Of a stretch of 63,581 nucleotides of DNA, positions 7,644-17,719 are shown piece after piece. Origin of the DNA: a virus (lineage: Duplodnaviria > Caudoviricetes). Positions within the stretch are counted from its first letter, which is position 1. The number at the start of each line of letters is the position of its first letter. Location: positions 1 to 63,581 of the IMG/VR virus record IMGVR_UViG_3300036830_000158; one strand, given 5' to 3'. The notes under the pieces were generated by a model. The model was not told the DNA's origin and searched no databases. It worked only from the letters and a program-made list of their open reading frames with translations. The position numbers and the translations under genes are program-made.

Positions 7644-9797
7644 TCAAGGCTGCATTTGAGGCTGCGGGGATCGTCGAGCCTCATAATTCCCAGCAATCTC
7701 GCCCGTGATGCCGCTGAGCGTGCGCCGCATCGTCGCCATGCGTTGTTTCAGCACCCGCTGCGCCCGGTTGATCACGGCGCGCGTATGGCCGCGACCATAA
7801 GTCTGGGCAAGCCTTGACAGCGTCGCCCGCTGCGCCGCCGGATCGGTGTCGAATAGGGCGCGCGTCAGGGCGACGGCGTCATCGTCGCGCATCGCAAAGA
7901 ACTTGGTGACCTGATCGAAGACCTCATTGGACAAGGCGCTGCGAAGACCCTGGTCCTTGATCATACGGCCGAGCCGGGTGCCTAGGCTGAAATCGAGGAT
8001 GTTCTGCTGCCGTCGCGCCGTCGCCGAATTGCCGCGCACGGCATTGTTCGTAGCGGCAAGTCCCTGTTCCAGTTCGACGAGTTGATAGAAGCGGTCGCGC
8101 TGCTTCGGCGTCATGATCTCGCCGAGAACCTCGCGGGTATTCGGCCGGTCGAAATAGCTGATCATATCAGTGCCGAGCCGCTTGCCGCCGAGTGCTTTGC
8201 GAACTTCGCGGGCGATGCCGATGCGGAACATGCGTTTTTCGCCAGTGGACAGGGCGCGATATTGATCGCCGGTGATTTCAGCGTCACCTTTCATGAAGGC
8301 CCGGCCCGAATCGAGCGCCTCAAGCATCTCGGCGCGGCTGCCATAGACATCGCGGGCCTTGGCGTAAAGCGATTCCGTCAATGGTTGTCCGGTTTTCGCA
8401 TCGATTGCCGGTTTGCCGGTTGCATCGAGCACCGGCGCCATCGTCGATTCGTCGGCAACCTTGACAAGCTGTTTTTTCAGCGTGGTCAGCAGTCGCGCCT
8501 CGTTGTTGCGGCCGGCCTTCTGCGCGCTTCCGATCATGTCGTCTATGGCGCGCTTGCCAGCATCGAAACGGGCAGGCGACAGATCGGTGTAAGCCTGTTT
8601 TACGGTTTGACCGCCCACATCGCGCGTCGCGGTCGCGGCGATGAACTGTTCGCGCGCCTGATCGAGCGTGCGCTTCAGTGCTGGCGCGGCGGCCAGATCC
8701 TCGATCTGATTGCCGTAGAGCACATCGCCAACCGGGATGCGCACATCCATGTTGCGGAAGGCGTCATACGCGGTTTTCGATAGGCGCTGCTGCTCATCGG
8801 TCAGTTTCGCCTGCGTCTTGGCAAAATCGCCCGTCGTCACTTGCATCGACCGGCGCAGATAATCATTGATCCGGCCATATTGCCCGCGAGCCCGATCGAC
8901 CAGAAAATCGCCCGATATCGCCCTGGCCTCAGGCGACACCAAGGCTGCAGTATCGGCAAGGTCGCGCGTCACCGGCCCCAGATCGGCGATGCCCATCTGC
9001 GGATTGAGCTGCGTCTTGCCGAATTTCGTCGCCGCCTGCGCCTCGTCCAGCATCCGCTGGGCTTCCCCCGGCGGCGTATTCTGGGCCGCCAGAGCTTGGT
9101 TTAGCCTGGCGTCAACGTTCGCGCTGCGGGAGCGGACAAAGCCGGCCGCCTGGCCGAGACCACGAGCGCCGGAGCCAGCAGTCCGTGCCACAGCGCCAAC
9201 CACAGGCGCTACGACTTCGGTGATTAATGGAGCGGCAACCGCGCCTGTCCCGGCTCCCCAGGCGGTTCCCTCGATGCGACTGCCGACGCCGCCCTCGCTA
9301 TGCCCGAAGCCCGACGCGCCGCCATACTCGCCGCCGCTGATGATGCCTTGCCTGACGCGACCGGCAAGCGTCGGGGCCAACCGGAAGCCCTTGGCGATGC
9401 CGGCGGAGCCTACCGCGCCGACCAGCTCGGCCGGATAGCGGACGTACCAGGGAATATACTCTTCGGCTTGCTGTTCCTGCTTCCTGGTGCGCCCGGCAGC
9501 TTCGGAATAGGCTTCGCCGGCGCTGTTCCAGATCGACGGATTGCCAGTCCGGCGAGCGCGACTGCCCGTGACGAATTCCTTGGCCGCAGCTCCGGCGCCG
9601 ACAATTTCGTCGCGCAGACCGAGTGGGTCAACGGCGAGATTGGTGAGGTCCTCAAACCCACGCGCCGTGGAAGCGAGCGGCCCGAAGCTCTCGTAGCGCG
9701 TGTCCTTTGGCGGCTCTTGCGCCGCAGCGTATTTTTCCCATGGACCACTCGCTGGGGCCGACGACTGATCGGCATATTTTTCCCAAGGGCCAGCCAT
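7644..9797 (-). CDS. Large DNA ejection (internal virion) protein
   Basis: MAGPWEKY...SGPWEKY N-terminus, Ala/Gly-rich helical body, P22 gp16-like position. Confidence 0.7.
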   Translation of the reverse strand: MAGPWEKYADQSSAPASGPWEKYAAAQEPPKDTRYESFGPLASTARGFEDLTNLAVDPLGLRDEIVGAGAAAKEFVTGSRARRTGNPSIWNSAGEAYSEAAGRTRKQEQQAEEYIPWYVRYPAELVGAVGSAGIAKGFRLAPTLAGRVRQGIISGGEYGGASGFGHSEGGVGSRIEGTAWGAGTGAVAAPLITEVVAPVVGAVARTAGSGARGLGQAAGFVRSRSANVDARLNQALAAQNTPPGEAQRMLDEAQAATKFGKTQLNPQMGIADLGPVTRDLADTAALVSPEARAISGDFLVDRARGQYGRINDYLRRSMQVTTGDFAKTQAKLTDEQQRLSKTAYDAFRNMDVRIPVGDVLYGNQIEDLAAAPALKRTLDQAREQFIAATATRDVGGQTVKQAYTDLSPARFDAGKRAIDDMIGSAQKAGRNNEARLLTTLKKQLVKVADESTMAPVLDATGKPAIDAKTGQPLTESLYAKARDVYGSRAEMLEALDSGRAFMKGDAEITGDQYRALSTGEKRMFRIGIAREVRKALGGKRLGTDMISYFDRPNTREVLGEIMTPKQRDRFYQLVELEQGLAATNNAVRGNSATARRQQNILDFSLGTRLGRMIKDQGLRSALSNEVFDQVTKFFAMRDDDAVALTRALFDTDPAAQRATLSRLAQTYGRGHTRAVINRAQRVLKQRMATMRRTLSGITGEIAGNYEARRSPQPQMQP

Positions 9798-11314
9798 TAC
9801 TGAACCTTCTCCCAACTATTGGGGTCCGCCGGATTGCCGCCCTTAAAGCGGTGTCCGTCTTCAATGTCGCCGATCCGTGGGCCACCGCCCTGCACTGGCG
9901 TGCCAGCAGGCGGCCCGGACGGCGCCGCCGTCTGCCCGCCCGGTTTCTGCCGATGCGCCTCGCGCGCCATCTCCGGCGCTTGCGTGGCAAGCATGGCCTC
10001 ATTGGCGAGCGTATCCAGCACGGCGCCATAGACATCCTGGTCCATCGCGGCGCTCAACTGTTCGTTGGCGTTTTTCTGCGCGTTGACGGTGACGGTCGAA
10101 TTGCCGCGGCCGATGATGGCGGCATAGGCGTTGATGACAGCCTGCGTTCTTGACCGCAAGATGGCCTGGGCGGGGTTAAGCGTAGCGTTCTGGTAGCCCT
10201 CCAGCAGCTTGTTCCACGGCAAGAATGAGGATCGCGGAACATTCTTGATCGCTTCACGGGCCGGCGGAAGGAATTGCTCCAATTCCTTGGTGGCGATCTC
10301 CATCTTGCGCTCTTGAACCGATCCGGTGCGCTCCGCCGCTTTCTTGCCGCCGAATTCGATCCTGCGATTGAAAAGCTCTTCCGGCGTCAGCCCGCCTTCT
10401 TCCTGCAACTTCTGCGAGAATTCGATCACCTTGGCGCGGTTCTTGTTGCCGACATCGCGCGTGCCGAGACCTTGGAGAACGTCGGTCTCGCCCATATTGT
10501 AGCGCTTGGCCAGATTCATCGCCGCCTCGTCGGACAAATAGCCCGAGCCTTGCGTGCCTGGCGGCAGCGGCGGCGTCACGTCCGTCGCCTCGCCGGTTTT
10601 CGGATCGTAGCGGAGCAGCCGCCCATCATACGTCTTCTCGATCTTTGGCAGGAACACGCCGCCGGTCAGCGCCGTGCGGCCTTCAGGCGAGGTCGGCTCG
10701 ATGCCGGCCGCCTTGAGGTTTCTGACCTCGGCTGTCGGTTCTTGCGCCTTGTACAGCTCCTGGATCGGCACGGCCTGCGAGATGATATTGTGCAAGAGCA
10801 GATCGTTCGGCGGCTGCTGGGAAAGCTGCTGGAACTGCTGCGGCGGGATATCGCCGTGATCGGCGGCGTCCTTCAGGCTCTCCTGCCAGCCTTGCGTCTT
10901 GGCGTCGCCCTGCAGGCCCATCACATACTGCGCCCGCCTGGCGTTGCGCATCATCTTCTGGTCGAACTGCTGCCGCTCGCCTTCGGCCATCTGGCCGCGC
11001 ACCGCCAGGACATGCGACTGCACTTCAGGATATCTCGACAGCTTGTCGACGGCGCCGGGCGCGTTCGGGTCCTTGCTGTATTCCGTGAGAGCGTTCTGCT
11101 CGCCCCGCTGCTGAGAAAGCTGCAGCTGGATCAGACTATTACGCTGCGCCGCTTGCTGGCGCTCCATCGCCAGCCTTTGATCCTCGATCCCCATCGAATG
11201 CCGGGCCTGCTCTTCGGCGAGTTGCTCGCGTCTGAGCTGCGCGGCCATCGCAAACGGTCGCGCGATATCGATCGTCGGCGACTGGACGCCGAGGGCGACG
11301 GAATAATCGGCCAT
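9797..11314 (-). CDS. DNA ejection protein (gp20-like position)
   Basis: Gln-rich coils; C-terminal DGHRFKGGNPADPNSWEKV motif typical of podovirus ejection proteins. Confidence 0.7.
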   Translation of the reverse strand: MADYSVALGVQSPTIDIARPFAMAAQLRREQLAEEQARHSMGIEDQRLAMERQQAAQRNSLIQLQLSQQRGEQNALTEYSKDPNAPGAVDKLSRYPEVQSHVLAVRGQMAEGERQQFDQKMMRNARRAQYVMGLQGDAKTQGWQESLKDAADHGDIPPQQFQQLSQQPPNDLLLHNIISQAVPIQELYKAQEPTAEVRNLKAAGIEPTSPEGRTALTGGVFLPKIEKTYDGRLLRYDPKTGEATDVTPPLPPGTQGSGYLSDEAAMNLAKRYNMGETDVLQGLGTRDVGNKNRAKVIEFSQKLQEEGGLTPEELFNRRIEFGGKKAAERTGSVQERKMEIATKELEQFLPPAREAIKNVPRSSFLPWNKLLEGYQNATLNPAQAILRSRTQAVINAYAAIIGRGNSTVTVNAQKNANEQLSAAMDQDVYGAVLDTLANEAMLATQAPEMAREAHRQKPGGQTAAPSGPPAGTPVQGGGPRIGDIEDGHRFKGGNPADPNSWEKVQ

Positions 11315-11324
11315 GGTCGACCTC

Positions 11325-11972
11325 CTACATCGTCACCGGCACAGAGCCGGTCATCATGGTTGGATTGGCGAAGGACGCCGGCGGCGAATAGGCGCTGGTT
11401 GATGCCGGGTTCTGGTTGAGCAGGTTGTAAAGCATCAGATTGTTGGCGGTCCCGCTGAGGCTGGAGTTGAGCGCGTTCGCCGATCCAACCAGCCCAGAGG
11501 CCGTCGCCTGACCGGCATTGCCGATCTGATTGCCTTGGCCAGCGGCGGCGTTCTGGCCGATGCCGGCGAGCTGCAAGAGCTTGTTCGCATAGTTCTGGAA
11601 ATTCTGCGTCGCCATGCCTTGTCCGTAACCGACAAGATCGCGCGCATTGTTGCCGGACAACAGCTGCCCTTTGGCCGCGTTCGAGAATTCGAGCGCGCGC
11701 TGGCCCTCGCCAAAGGCGAACTGATAGTCGGGCGAGTTCTTGAACGCATCGAGTGCGGCGGCGTTGAACGGCGTCGTCGGCTGGCCGTCCGGGCCGATGC
11801 CGTAGAGCTGACCGAGCGTTGCGATCGCGCCGGTCCCGGCATTGGTGAACGGGGCTTCGAGCGCGGCGGCTTTGTTGGCTGCCTTGGTTTGCGTCGACGC
11901 CGCTTTGTTGGCGGCAAAGATGGACGCGCCACCGCCGATCACGGCGGAGCCGATAGTCGCGCCGATTGGCAT
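11325..11972 (-). CDS. DNA transfer/pilot protein (P22 gp7-like)
   Basis: Hydrophobic Gly/Ala N-terminus; SPDYQFAFGEGQRALEFSNAAKGQLLSG motif. Confidence 0.75.
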   Translation of the reverse strand: MPIGATIGSAVIGGGASIFAANKAASTQTKAANKAAALEAPFTNAGTGAIATLGQLYGIGPDGQPTTPFNAAALDAFKNSPDYQFAFGEGQRALEFSNAAKGQLLSGNNARDLVGYGQGMATQNFQNYANKLLQLAGIGQNAAAGQGNQIGNAGQATASGLVGSANALNSSLSGTANNLMLYNLLNQNPASTSAYSPPASFANPTMMTGSVPVTM

Positions 11973-12002
11973 GATCAGTTCATCCTTAAATGATGACGGC
12001 CG

Positions 12003-12773
12003 TCAGTGCAGTTCTCTGACGACGGGAACGAAGAAATCGTCCTTGCCCTTGGCCTTGACGACGACCGCGTTGCCGATATCGAGGGTGACCGGGTCGCGGC
12101 ACATGATGGACATCGGCACATAGCCGGCCATGGCTGCAAATCGGTTGTAGAAGATCACCGCCTTATCGAGCTGCCCGCCCAGCAGCATTTCGACGGCGGC
12201 GCCGACATAACGGTCATGGATGTTGTCGTCAGGATGTTGCGGCTCCTTGCGGCCGCGCAGAGCGAATTCGGCCGCAAGCCGTTCATGGAACCAGGTCCCA
12301 CGGTCATTGAGGCCTGGGGCGGTGCGAATCCAGTCCTGAACGGTGAGGGCATGGATATCGGCCGGGATCGGCTGGCCGTCGCTGGTCCACCCAGTCGGAT
12401 TGGTGAACTGATAGACGCCGTGGATTGCTCTGGCGAGCGCCCTGGCGGCGATATTGCCCTTCGGACAGCGGGTCATCAATTCCATTGCCGGCGTGCGGCA
12501 GAACATCCATTTCAGGCAGCCCTGAGCGAATTCAAGCGTCCAGGCGCCTCGTCCCTCCGATAGCACCATGGTGTGCGCTTCGTAGATCCCTCTCTGCAGA
12601 TGCGCGAACAGCATGACGCCGTGCGCGCCGGCAAGCGCGATGTTGGCGGAATCGGCCACGGCCGGCGTCAGATCAAGGTCACGATCCGGGGTCGGATTGA
12701 CCCAGGCGCGAATATCGGGATGGTTGGCGATCGCATTGATGCGTTCCGGCGAAACGGTGCGCTCGATGTTCAT
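12003..12773 (-). CDS. P22 gp14-like GNAT-fold virion assembly protein
   Basis: INAIANHPDIR...IYEAHTMVLSEGRG...WMF; position in the tail module. Confidence 0.6.
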   Translation of the reverse strand: MNIERTVSPERINAIANHPDIRAWVNPTPDRDLDLTPAVADSANIALAGAHGVMLFAHLQRGIYEAHTMVLSEGRGAWTLEFAQGCLKWMFCRTPAMELMTRCPKGNIAARALARAIHGVYQFTNPTGWTSDGQPIPADIHALTVQDWIRTAPGLNDRGTWFHERLAAEFALRGRKEPQHPDDNIHDRYVGAAVEMLLGGQLDKAVIFYNRFAAMAGYVPMSIMCRDPVTLDIGNAVVVKAKGKDDFFVPVVRELH

Positions 12774-13216
12774 TTCAGGATGAATCCTCCATTGCCGCTG
12801 TCGAAGGCGTCGGCGACGACCAGCAGATAAAGGCTGCCGGAGACGATGTCGGCATTGCCGGCCTGAGACGCCCCATCAGACTTGTAGACCTTCAATGTCG
12901 GCAGGGCGCCTTTCGCGGGAACCACGGTCGCGGTCACCGATCCGGTCGAGCCCGCGTCGGCGACAAAGGCGAAGATGTCGTAATCGCGATAGCCGGTCAG
13001 GCGCGGCGAGGCGTTGTTCGGCGTCAGCGTAATCACATTCGATGTGGTCGACGCCGAGCACGGGATGACCCGGCTACCCGCATTGATGTAGCCGGATAGT
13101 CTCTGCCAGGCCAAAAGGAACTCCGCGGTCGGCAACCCGGTTTTCACATCGACGATCGGCACATTGGCATTGAGCGGCGGCAAGGCGTCGGCGATCCAGG
13201 CTGTCGGAATGGTCAT
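12770..13216 (-). CDS. Tail structural protein
   Basis: PIVDVKTGLPTAEF motif; follows the gp10-like gene. Confidence 0.5.
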   Translation of the reverse strand: MTIPTAWIADALPPLNANVPIVDVKTGLPTAEFLLAWQRLSGYINAGSRVIPCSASTTSNVITLTPNNASPRLTGYRDYDIFAFVADAGSTGSVTATVVPAKGALPTLKVYKSDGASQAGNADIVSGSLYLLVVADAFDSGNGGFILK

Positions 13217-13217
13217 G

Positions 13218-14639
13218 TTAAAGCCCGATGCTCATTTCAGGGCCGCGCGCGGCGTAGATCGTGCGGCGCACCGGATCGGAGCAGGTCACCTTCAGGCAGC
13301 GCTCGAAGAAATTCCCGAGCCGGTCCCATCTGAGCTGATAGGCGGCGCCATCGGTCTCTCCTCGCCTGCCCATCGACGCCCAGAGTTCCGGCGTATCGAA
13401 CGTCCAGCCGCCATCGTCGGAGATCGACAGCATCATCTGCGGGTTCTCGCCCTGTCCGGCGGTGAGACCGACGCCGGTTTCAATATCAAGCTCGAACCAG
13501 GGCATGAAGACGCGCTTGCCGGAGCCATGAAGAGGCGGCGAAACCGCCTCTGCGCGGGTGTCCTCGCCGAACTCGGTGTAGGTCGCGTTCGAGAGATAGG
13601 CGATCTTGCCGGTAAAGGCGTCGCCGATATAGGTGCGCCCATAAGCCGATACGGCGCAATTGGCCCGCCACCGGCCAAGACTGTTGCCGAGCCGGTCGTG
13701 GCTTTCCCGTTCATGCCAGAGCCCGGTGGCGATATCGTACTCCCACGTCGCCGCCACGCTCGGGAAGGTGAAGCACACGAATTTATGTCCGTTCCAGCCA
13801 TAGCTGCAGCAGAAGGCGTCCGAGATCGAGCCGTAATCTTCCCAGGCCTGTTCGATGGCGTGCGTCGAGATCCGCTGCAGGGATCTTCCGCTAAGCCGAT
13901 AAGCGATGCGGTCGTTGCCGAGAATGTACAGCCCCTCGTCTTCCGATGCGATCGCCGCGGCGGCGGCAAGTCCGCGCTGGATCGTGGCGCCTGGAATGCG
14001 TTCGAATGGGAAGTTAGCGGCGCCTGTGTTGGAATAAAGCTCGGTTGATCGGGTGCCGAGGACGTAGACGATCTGGTTCTGATTGAAGACGGCGACCACA
14101 TTGTCGGAGTTCGATTCCGCCGTGGCGAAAGCGGTCGAGTCATAGCTGGTTCCGTCGAGCAGATCGGAGCGGAACCATTTGCTGGTGCCGTCCCGATCGA
14201 ACAAGAAGAACTCGTCCATGAAAGTGACCGATTTCGCGGCGTTAAAATCGGTATCCGAGATCAGCCGGAACCCGGCGGCGGCCGACCAGATATAGCCATT
14301 GACGCCGTTCACGACGACGGTCTGCGTGCCGTTGTCGGACATCGACACCGGAGCCGAACCGGAAATCTGTCCGCCGAGTTGCGTCACGGTGTGATCGGAA
14401 TCGATCTGATAAAGGAACGCCCCGGACACCGCGAAAAGCGTTTCGTTCATCACCCGGAAGCCGCGCACCGGCCCGTTGCCGAGGGTTGCGGCGGTGACGA
14501 CGCCCGGAGAGCCCAGCAGCGCCACGGACGACTTCGCGCCTTTGGGTTGCGCTTCGGCGTAATAATTGACGAGACGCTGCGCTGAGAGCGGCTTTGACGG
14601 GTGCCGGTAGCTTTGCGTCGCGAACGGGATATCGGTCAT
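13218..14639 (-). CDS. Packaged-DNA stabilization / tail hub protein (P22 gp10-like)
   Basis: SAQRLVNYY, GPVRG, FATAESNSDN, QRISTHAIE, TWEYDIATGLWHER, SDDGG motifs. Confidence 0.9.
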   Translation of the reverse strand: MTDIPFATQSYRHPSKPLSAQRLVNYYAEAQPKGAKSSVALLGSPGVVTAATLGNGPVRGFRVMNETLFAVSGAFLYQIDSDHTVTQLGGQISGSAPVSMSDNGTQTVVVNGVNGYIWSAAAGFRLISDTDFNAAKSVTFMDEFFLFDRDGTSKWFRSDLLDGTSYDSTAFATAESNSDNVVAVFNQNQIVYVLGTRSTELYSNTGAANFPFERIPGATIQRGLAAAAAIASEDEGLYILGNDRIAYRLSGRSLQRISTHAIEQAWEDYGSISDAFCCSYGWNGHKFVCFTFPSVAATWEYDIATGLWHERESHDRLGNSLGRWRANCAVSAYGRTYIGDAFTGKIAYLSNATYTEFGEDTRAEAVSPPLHGSGKRVFMPWFELDIETGVGLTAGQGENPQMMLSISDDGGWTFDTPELWASMGRRGETDGAAYQLRWDRLGNFFERCLKVTCSDPVRRTIYAARGPEMSIGL

Positions 14640-14642
14640 CGG

Positions 14643-15593
14643 TTACGGGTTCATGTCCGGACCGAACTGTATGGGTTCGGCTTCACGGTCCCAGCCTTCC
14701 ATGTCGTCGAGGAATTGCGCCGCCTTTTCGGCGATCATCGCCGCCTTTTGCGCCGGCACGTCGAATTCAGGGGCGAGCTCGTCGGCGAGCTGCCATTTCA
14801 TGGTCCTGATCCATTCCTGCGGCAGGTCGGGATTGTCGCCGGCGGCGTCGAAATCCATGATCGGACGCCACCAGGTGAAGTTGACGAAGCCCTCGAAGGG
14901 ATCAGGCACATGCCAGAGATTGAGATAGCCGGTCGTCAGTTGCGGGTCGTAGAAAGCCGAAACCGCCGCTCCGGACTCGGTTTTGTTCGGCAGGCGGCGG
15001 TAGTCGAGCCTTGAGATCATTCTGATCACAGGACTTTCCGTGCCGGTGTCGGCGTCCTGCCACCTGGCGTCGACAATCTTCAGAGGCCGCACGATCTTGG
15101 TCGTGTAGGCGTAGACATGCGATCCGGCCGACACTGAATCTGTCAGCGTCGCCGCCAGCGTAATGGTCGATCCGGCCGGCGCGCCGCTGACTGTGGTCCA
15201 TTGCAGCGAGCCGGCGTCGAGCACGACGCCGATATGGTCCCCGTCGGAGATCCCCGTGATGGAGTCGACATCGATGCTGCTCGCGGCTGTTGAGGCTGCG
15301 GCAGAGACGGAGGTCGCCGTATAGCTCTGCGTGGCGTGGTCGGATAATGCGGCGTCGGAGAGCGCATACGTGACTTGCCCAGGCTGCGGAAACAGCGTCG
15401 CCTCGGTCTCGGTCCAGACGTGGAGGCCCTTGCCCTGCCAGTGCTTGACCAGCATGTTGAGCGCCTGAGCGCTATCGGTCACCATCTTGGCGTTCGGCGT
15501 CTGTGTCGCCCGAATCGCGCCGATCAGACGCAATGCGGCAAGAACGATATCGTCGCGGACGACGTTGAAGTCGGAAGAACCGGACGTCGCCAT
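14643..15593 (-). CDS. Head-tail adaptor (P22 gp4-like) with an inserted beta domain
   Basis: MATSGS...DIVLAALRLIG...ALNMLVKHW...DLPQEW...LADELAPEF. Confidence 0.75.
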   Translation of the reverse strand: MATSGSSDFNVVRDDIVLAALRLIGAIRATQTPNAKMVTDSAQALNMLVKHWQGKGLHVWTETEATLFPQPGQVTYALSDAALSDHATQSYTATSVSAAASTAASSIDVDSITGISDGDHIGVVLDAGSLQWTTVSGAPAGSTITLAATLTDSVSAGSHVYAYTTKIVRPLKIVDARWQDADTGTESPVIRMISRLDYRRLPNKTESGAAVSAFYDPQLTTGYLNLWHVPDPFEGFVNFTWWRPIMDFDAAGDNPDLPQEWIRTMKWQLADELAPEFDVPAQKAAMIAEKAAQFLDDMEGWDREAEPIQFGPDMNP

Positions 15594-16060
15594 TACGCCA
15601 GATCCGATCGCGCCACGGCGCTTGTGTTGATGACGCTGTTGCCGCTGGACGCAGCCCAGGTCAGGGGAGAGACCACGGTGACGGACGTTGCATCGGGCAC
15701 GGTCTGTACTCGCGTTGAGAACATCTGCTTATTGTCCAGCCCGACGAGCAGCCGGTCGCCAACTCCGAAGCGCGCCGATGACGTCAAAGTGAGCGTCGAC
15801 GCGCCGGCGGCATGATCGCCGTCGAGCTCCGCCGTCAGTGGTCCGATGAACTGGGATATCTGACGCGGGCGGGGATCTTCGACGAAGAGGTCATCGGTCA
15901 GGCCGCGCACCAGATCCTGCGGCTGGCGCGGAAACCAGGCCCGCGTCCAGGTTCTGAGGCCGTTCCACTCCTTGCGGGTTTCCGAGGCGTAGCGGACGAA
16001 CCCGGTGCGGTCGCAAACAACCAGATGATCGCCGAGCTTCCAGCGATTACGGATCGGCAT
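15593..16060 (-). CDS. Virion-associated hypothetical protein
   Basis: VVCDRTGF...RKEWNG...PRQPQD motif common in podovirus head-completion regions. Confidence 0.55.
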   Translation of the reverse strand: MPIRNRWKLGDHLVVCDRTGFVRYASETRKEWNGLRTWTRAWFPRQPQDLVRGLTDDLFVEDPRPRQISQFIGPLTAELDGDHAAGASTLTLTSSARFGVGDRLLVGLDNKQMFSTRVQTVPDATSVTVVSPLTWAASSGNSVINTSAVARSDLA

Positions 16061-16061
16061 G

Positions 16062-16358
16062 TCAATTCCTTCCCCGCCAATAGCCGCGCGCAATCCCGAT
16101 TCCACGCAGCAATGGCCGTGAATTTAACCGAACCAGCGCAAGGATCGACCCAAGGACTGACGCCATCGCCGTGACGGTCTTGGCGATGGAGTTCGGTCCA
16201 AGGCTCATGGCTAGCTGCATATTGGCGATAACGCCCTTTCCGGTTGACCGGACAACCGTTGCGGCTAGAGAAACATTCGCGACGATGGCCTGAGTGAACA
16301 CTGTTCCGGTTGAGGAGATCGGCTCCCCAATCGCCTTGCCGACAAAGCCGCCGATCAT
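16062..16358 (-). CDS. Hypothetical structural protein
   Basis: ORF in operon context. Confidence 0.4.
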   Translation of the reverse strand: MIGGFVGKAIGEPISSTGTVFTQAIVANVSLAATVVRSTGKGVIANMQLAMSLGPNSIAKTVTAMASVLGSILALVRLNSRPLLRGIGIARGYWRGRN

Positions 16359-16361
16359 GGA

Positions 16362-16751
16362 TCAAGCCTGATCCAGAACCGCTTTGACGGTGAAACTGAT
16401 GCTGTCGCCACTCGACAGGTTGATCACCCCGAAATCTCCGTAGATCCCGAGATTTCCGCCAGCGGGTGGGTTGCCGGCCCCCGCCGCATCGAACACTCCC
16501 ACCTCGGTAATTGCCCTGCTTCCCGTTGCAACGATGGTTCCCGTTATCTGATAGGTGTCATCAGCGGTGTTGGTGGTCTGCTGGCTGCTTGTGCCGGGGA
16601 CGCGGGATTCATTGGCCGGCGTCGCCAGATCGGTTGCTGTAGCCGTCTGACCTGATCCGGTTCCCCAGCCTACATGGAGAGGGCGAGAGGCGTAGCTGTT
16701 CCATGCGGCCGTCGCATTGGCGAGGCCGGTATTCACGACGAGCGAAGCCAC
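16362..16751 (-). CDS. Structural protein
   Basis: GWGTG...AITEVGVFDA...GDSISFT motif. Confidence 0.6.
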   Translation of the reverse strand: MASLVVNTGLANATAAWNSYASRPLHVGWGTGSGQTATATDLATPANESRVPGTSSQQTTNTADDTYQITGTIVATGSRAITEVGVFDAAGAGNPPAGGNLGIYGDFGVINLSSGDSISFTVKAVLDQA

Positions 16752-16906
16752 GCGATCAGTCTCCTGAGCCTGTAAGCAAGACGGCGGAATGGGTTCTTGT
16801 GCCAGTAGGAGACCGTTCCAAGGTCTTCGACAGTCCCGTCGGCGCGGGTGATGACCGCAGTGATCTCGACCTGCCCAAAGCCAGACCGGGCCTGAACATT
16901 AGCCAT
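16733..16906 (-). CDS. Small hypothetical protein (57 aa, not in the ORF track)
   Basis: My translation: MANVQARSGFGQVEITAVITRADGTVEDLGTVSYWHKNPFRR...; fills the operon gap. Confidence 0.55.
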   Translation of the reverse strand: MANVQARSGFGQVEITAVITRADGTVEDLGTVSYWHKNPFRRLAYRLRRLIAWLRSS

Positions 16907-17306
16907 GGCTCTTCTTTGTGACCGCGATGATGATTGACCCGAACCGGTCGGACCGAAGCCCGATCGTCGTCAGTTTAAGACGACCGCTGCCGCCCATTTC
17001 CGTCGCTCTGTCCGGGAGGCTGCCGCACCAACCGAAATCAGGCGCCCCGCTGCCTCTGACCAGCGTCCAGACCGGAACGTCGCCGCCGTCATATTCGAAT
17101 TCCAGCCGGCAATCGAATCCGATGAGGCCATACATGATCTTGTCGATGCACAGCGTCGGGACCTTGCCGCCGTTCGGATCGAAGGTCTTCTCCGGGTCGA
17201 TGACGATCCGATCGACAAGATCGCCATCATCGTCGCCGACGATATCGACATGCAGAAAAGCTTGGCGACTGCCGTCCATGAGTTTGGAGACCACGAGACC
17301 GGACAT
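16899..17306 (-). CDS. Structural protein, paralog of 17306-17707
   Basis: Shared K-(L/I)-x-DG...GD-DGDL...IDP...GSG-LKLTT motifs. Confidence 0.6.
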   Translation of the reverse strand: MSGLVVSKLMDGSRQAFLHVDIVGDDDGDLVDRIVIDPEKTFDPNGGKVPTLCIDKIMYGLIGFDCRLEFEYDGGDVPVWTLVRGSGAPDFGWCGSLPDRATEMGGSGRLKLTTIGLRSDRFGSIIIAVTKKSHG

Positions 17307-17707
17307 CAGGACTTTTTCACCAACAGAATCAGCGTGCCGATGCTGCTGGCGTCGAGCCCCATCGTGGTGAGTTTCAACTGGCCGGAGCCATCGAGTTGAT
17401 CGGATCTATCGGTGAGACCGCCGAAACAGGAGAAGTCCGGTTGGTTCGCTTGGCCGGCCGACATCGACCACACCGGCGTGCCGGTGACCAGATCGTCGAA
17501 GAACAGGTAGCCGGTGAAGCCGATGAAATCATACCAGAGCTGTTCGATGCGCAGCTCCGGGACCGGCGGCAGCGGCGGCGTGAAATCCACGGCTGGATCG
17601 ATGATGACCTCGCCGTTCAGATCGCCGCTGCCGTCGCCGCGCAGGAACACGTGGACGACGGAGTTTTTCGCTCCGTCGAGGATTTTGGTGACGGTGATCT
17701 GCGACAT
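17306..17707 (-). CDS. Structural protein, paralog of 16899-17306
   Basis: Same motifs as its neighbour. Confidence 0.6.
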   Translation of the reverse strand: MSQITVTKILDGAKNSVVHVFLRGDGSGDLNGEVIIDPAVDFTPPLPPVPELRIEQLWYDFIGFTGYLFFDDLVTGTPVWSMSAGQANQPDFSCFGGLTDRSDQLDGSGQLKLTTMGLDASSIGTLILLVKKS

Positions 17708-17719
17708 CGACGTGCCTCG

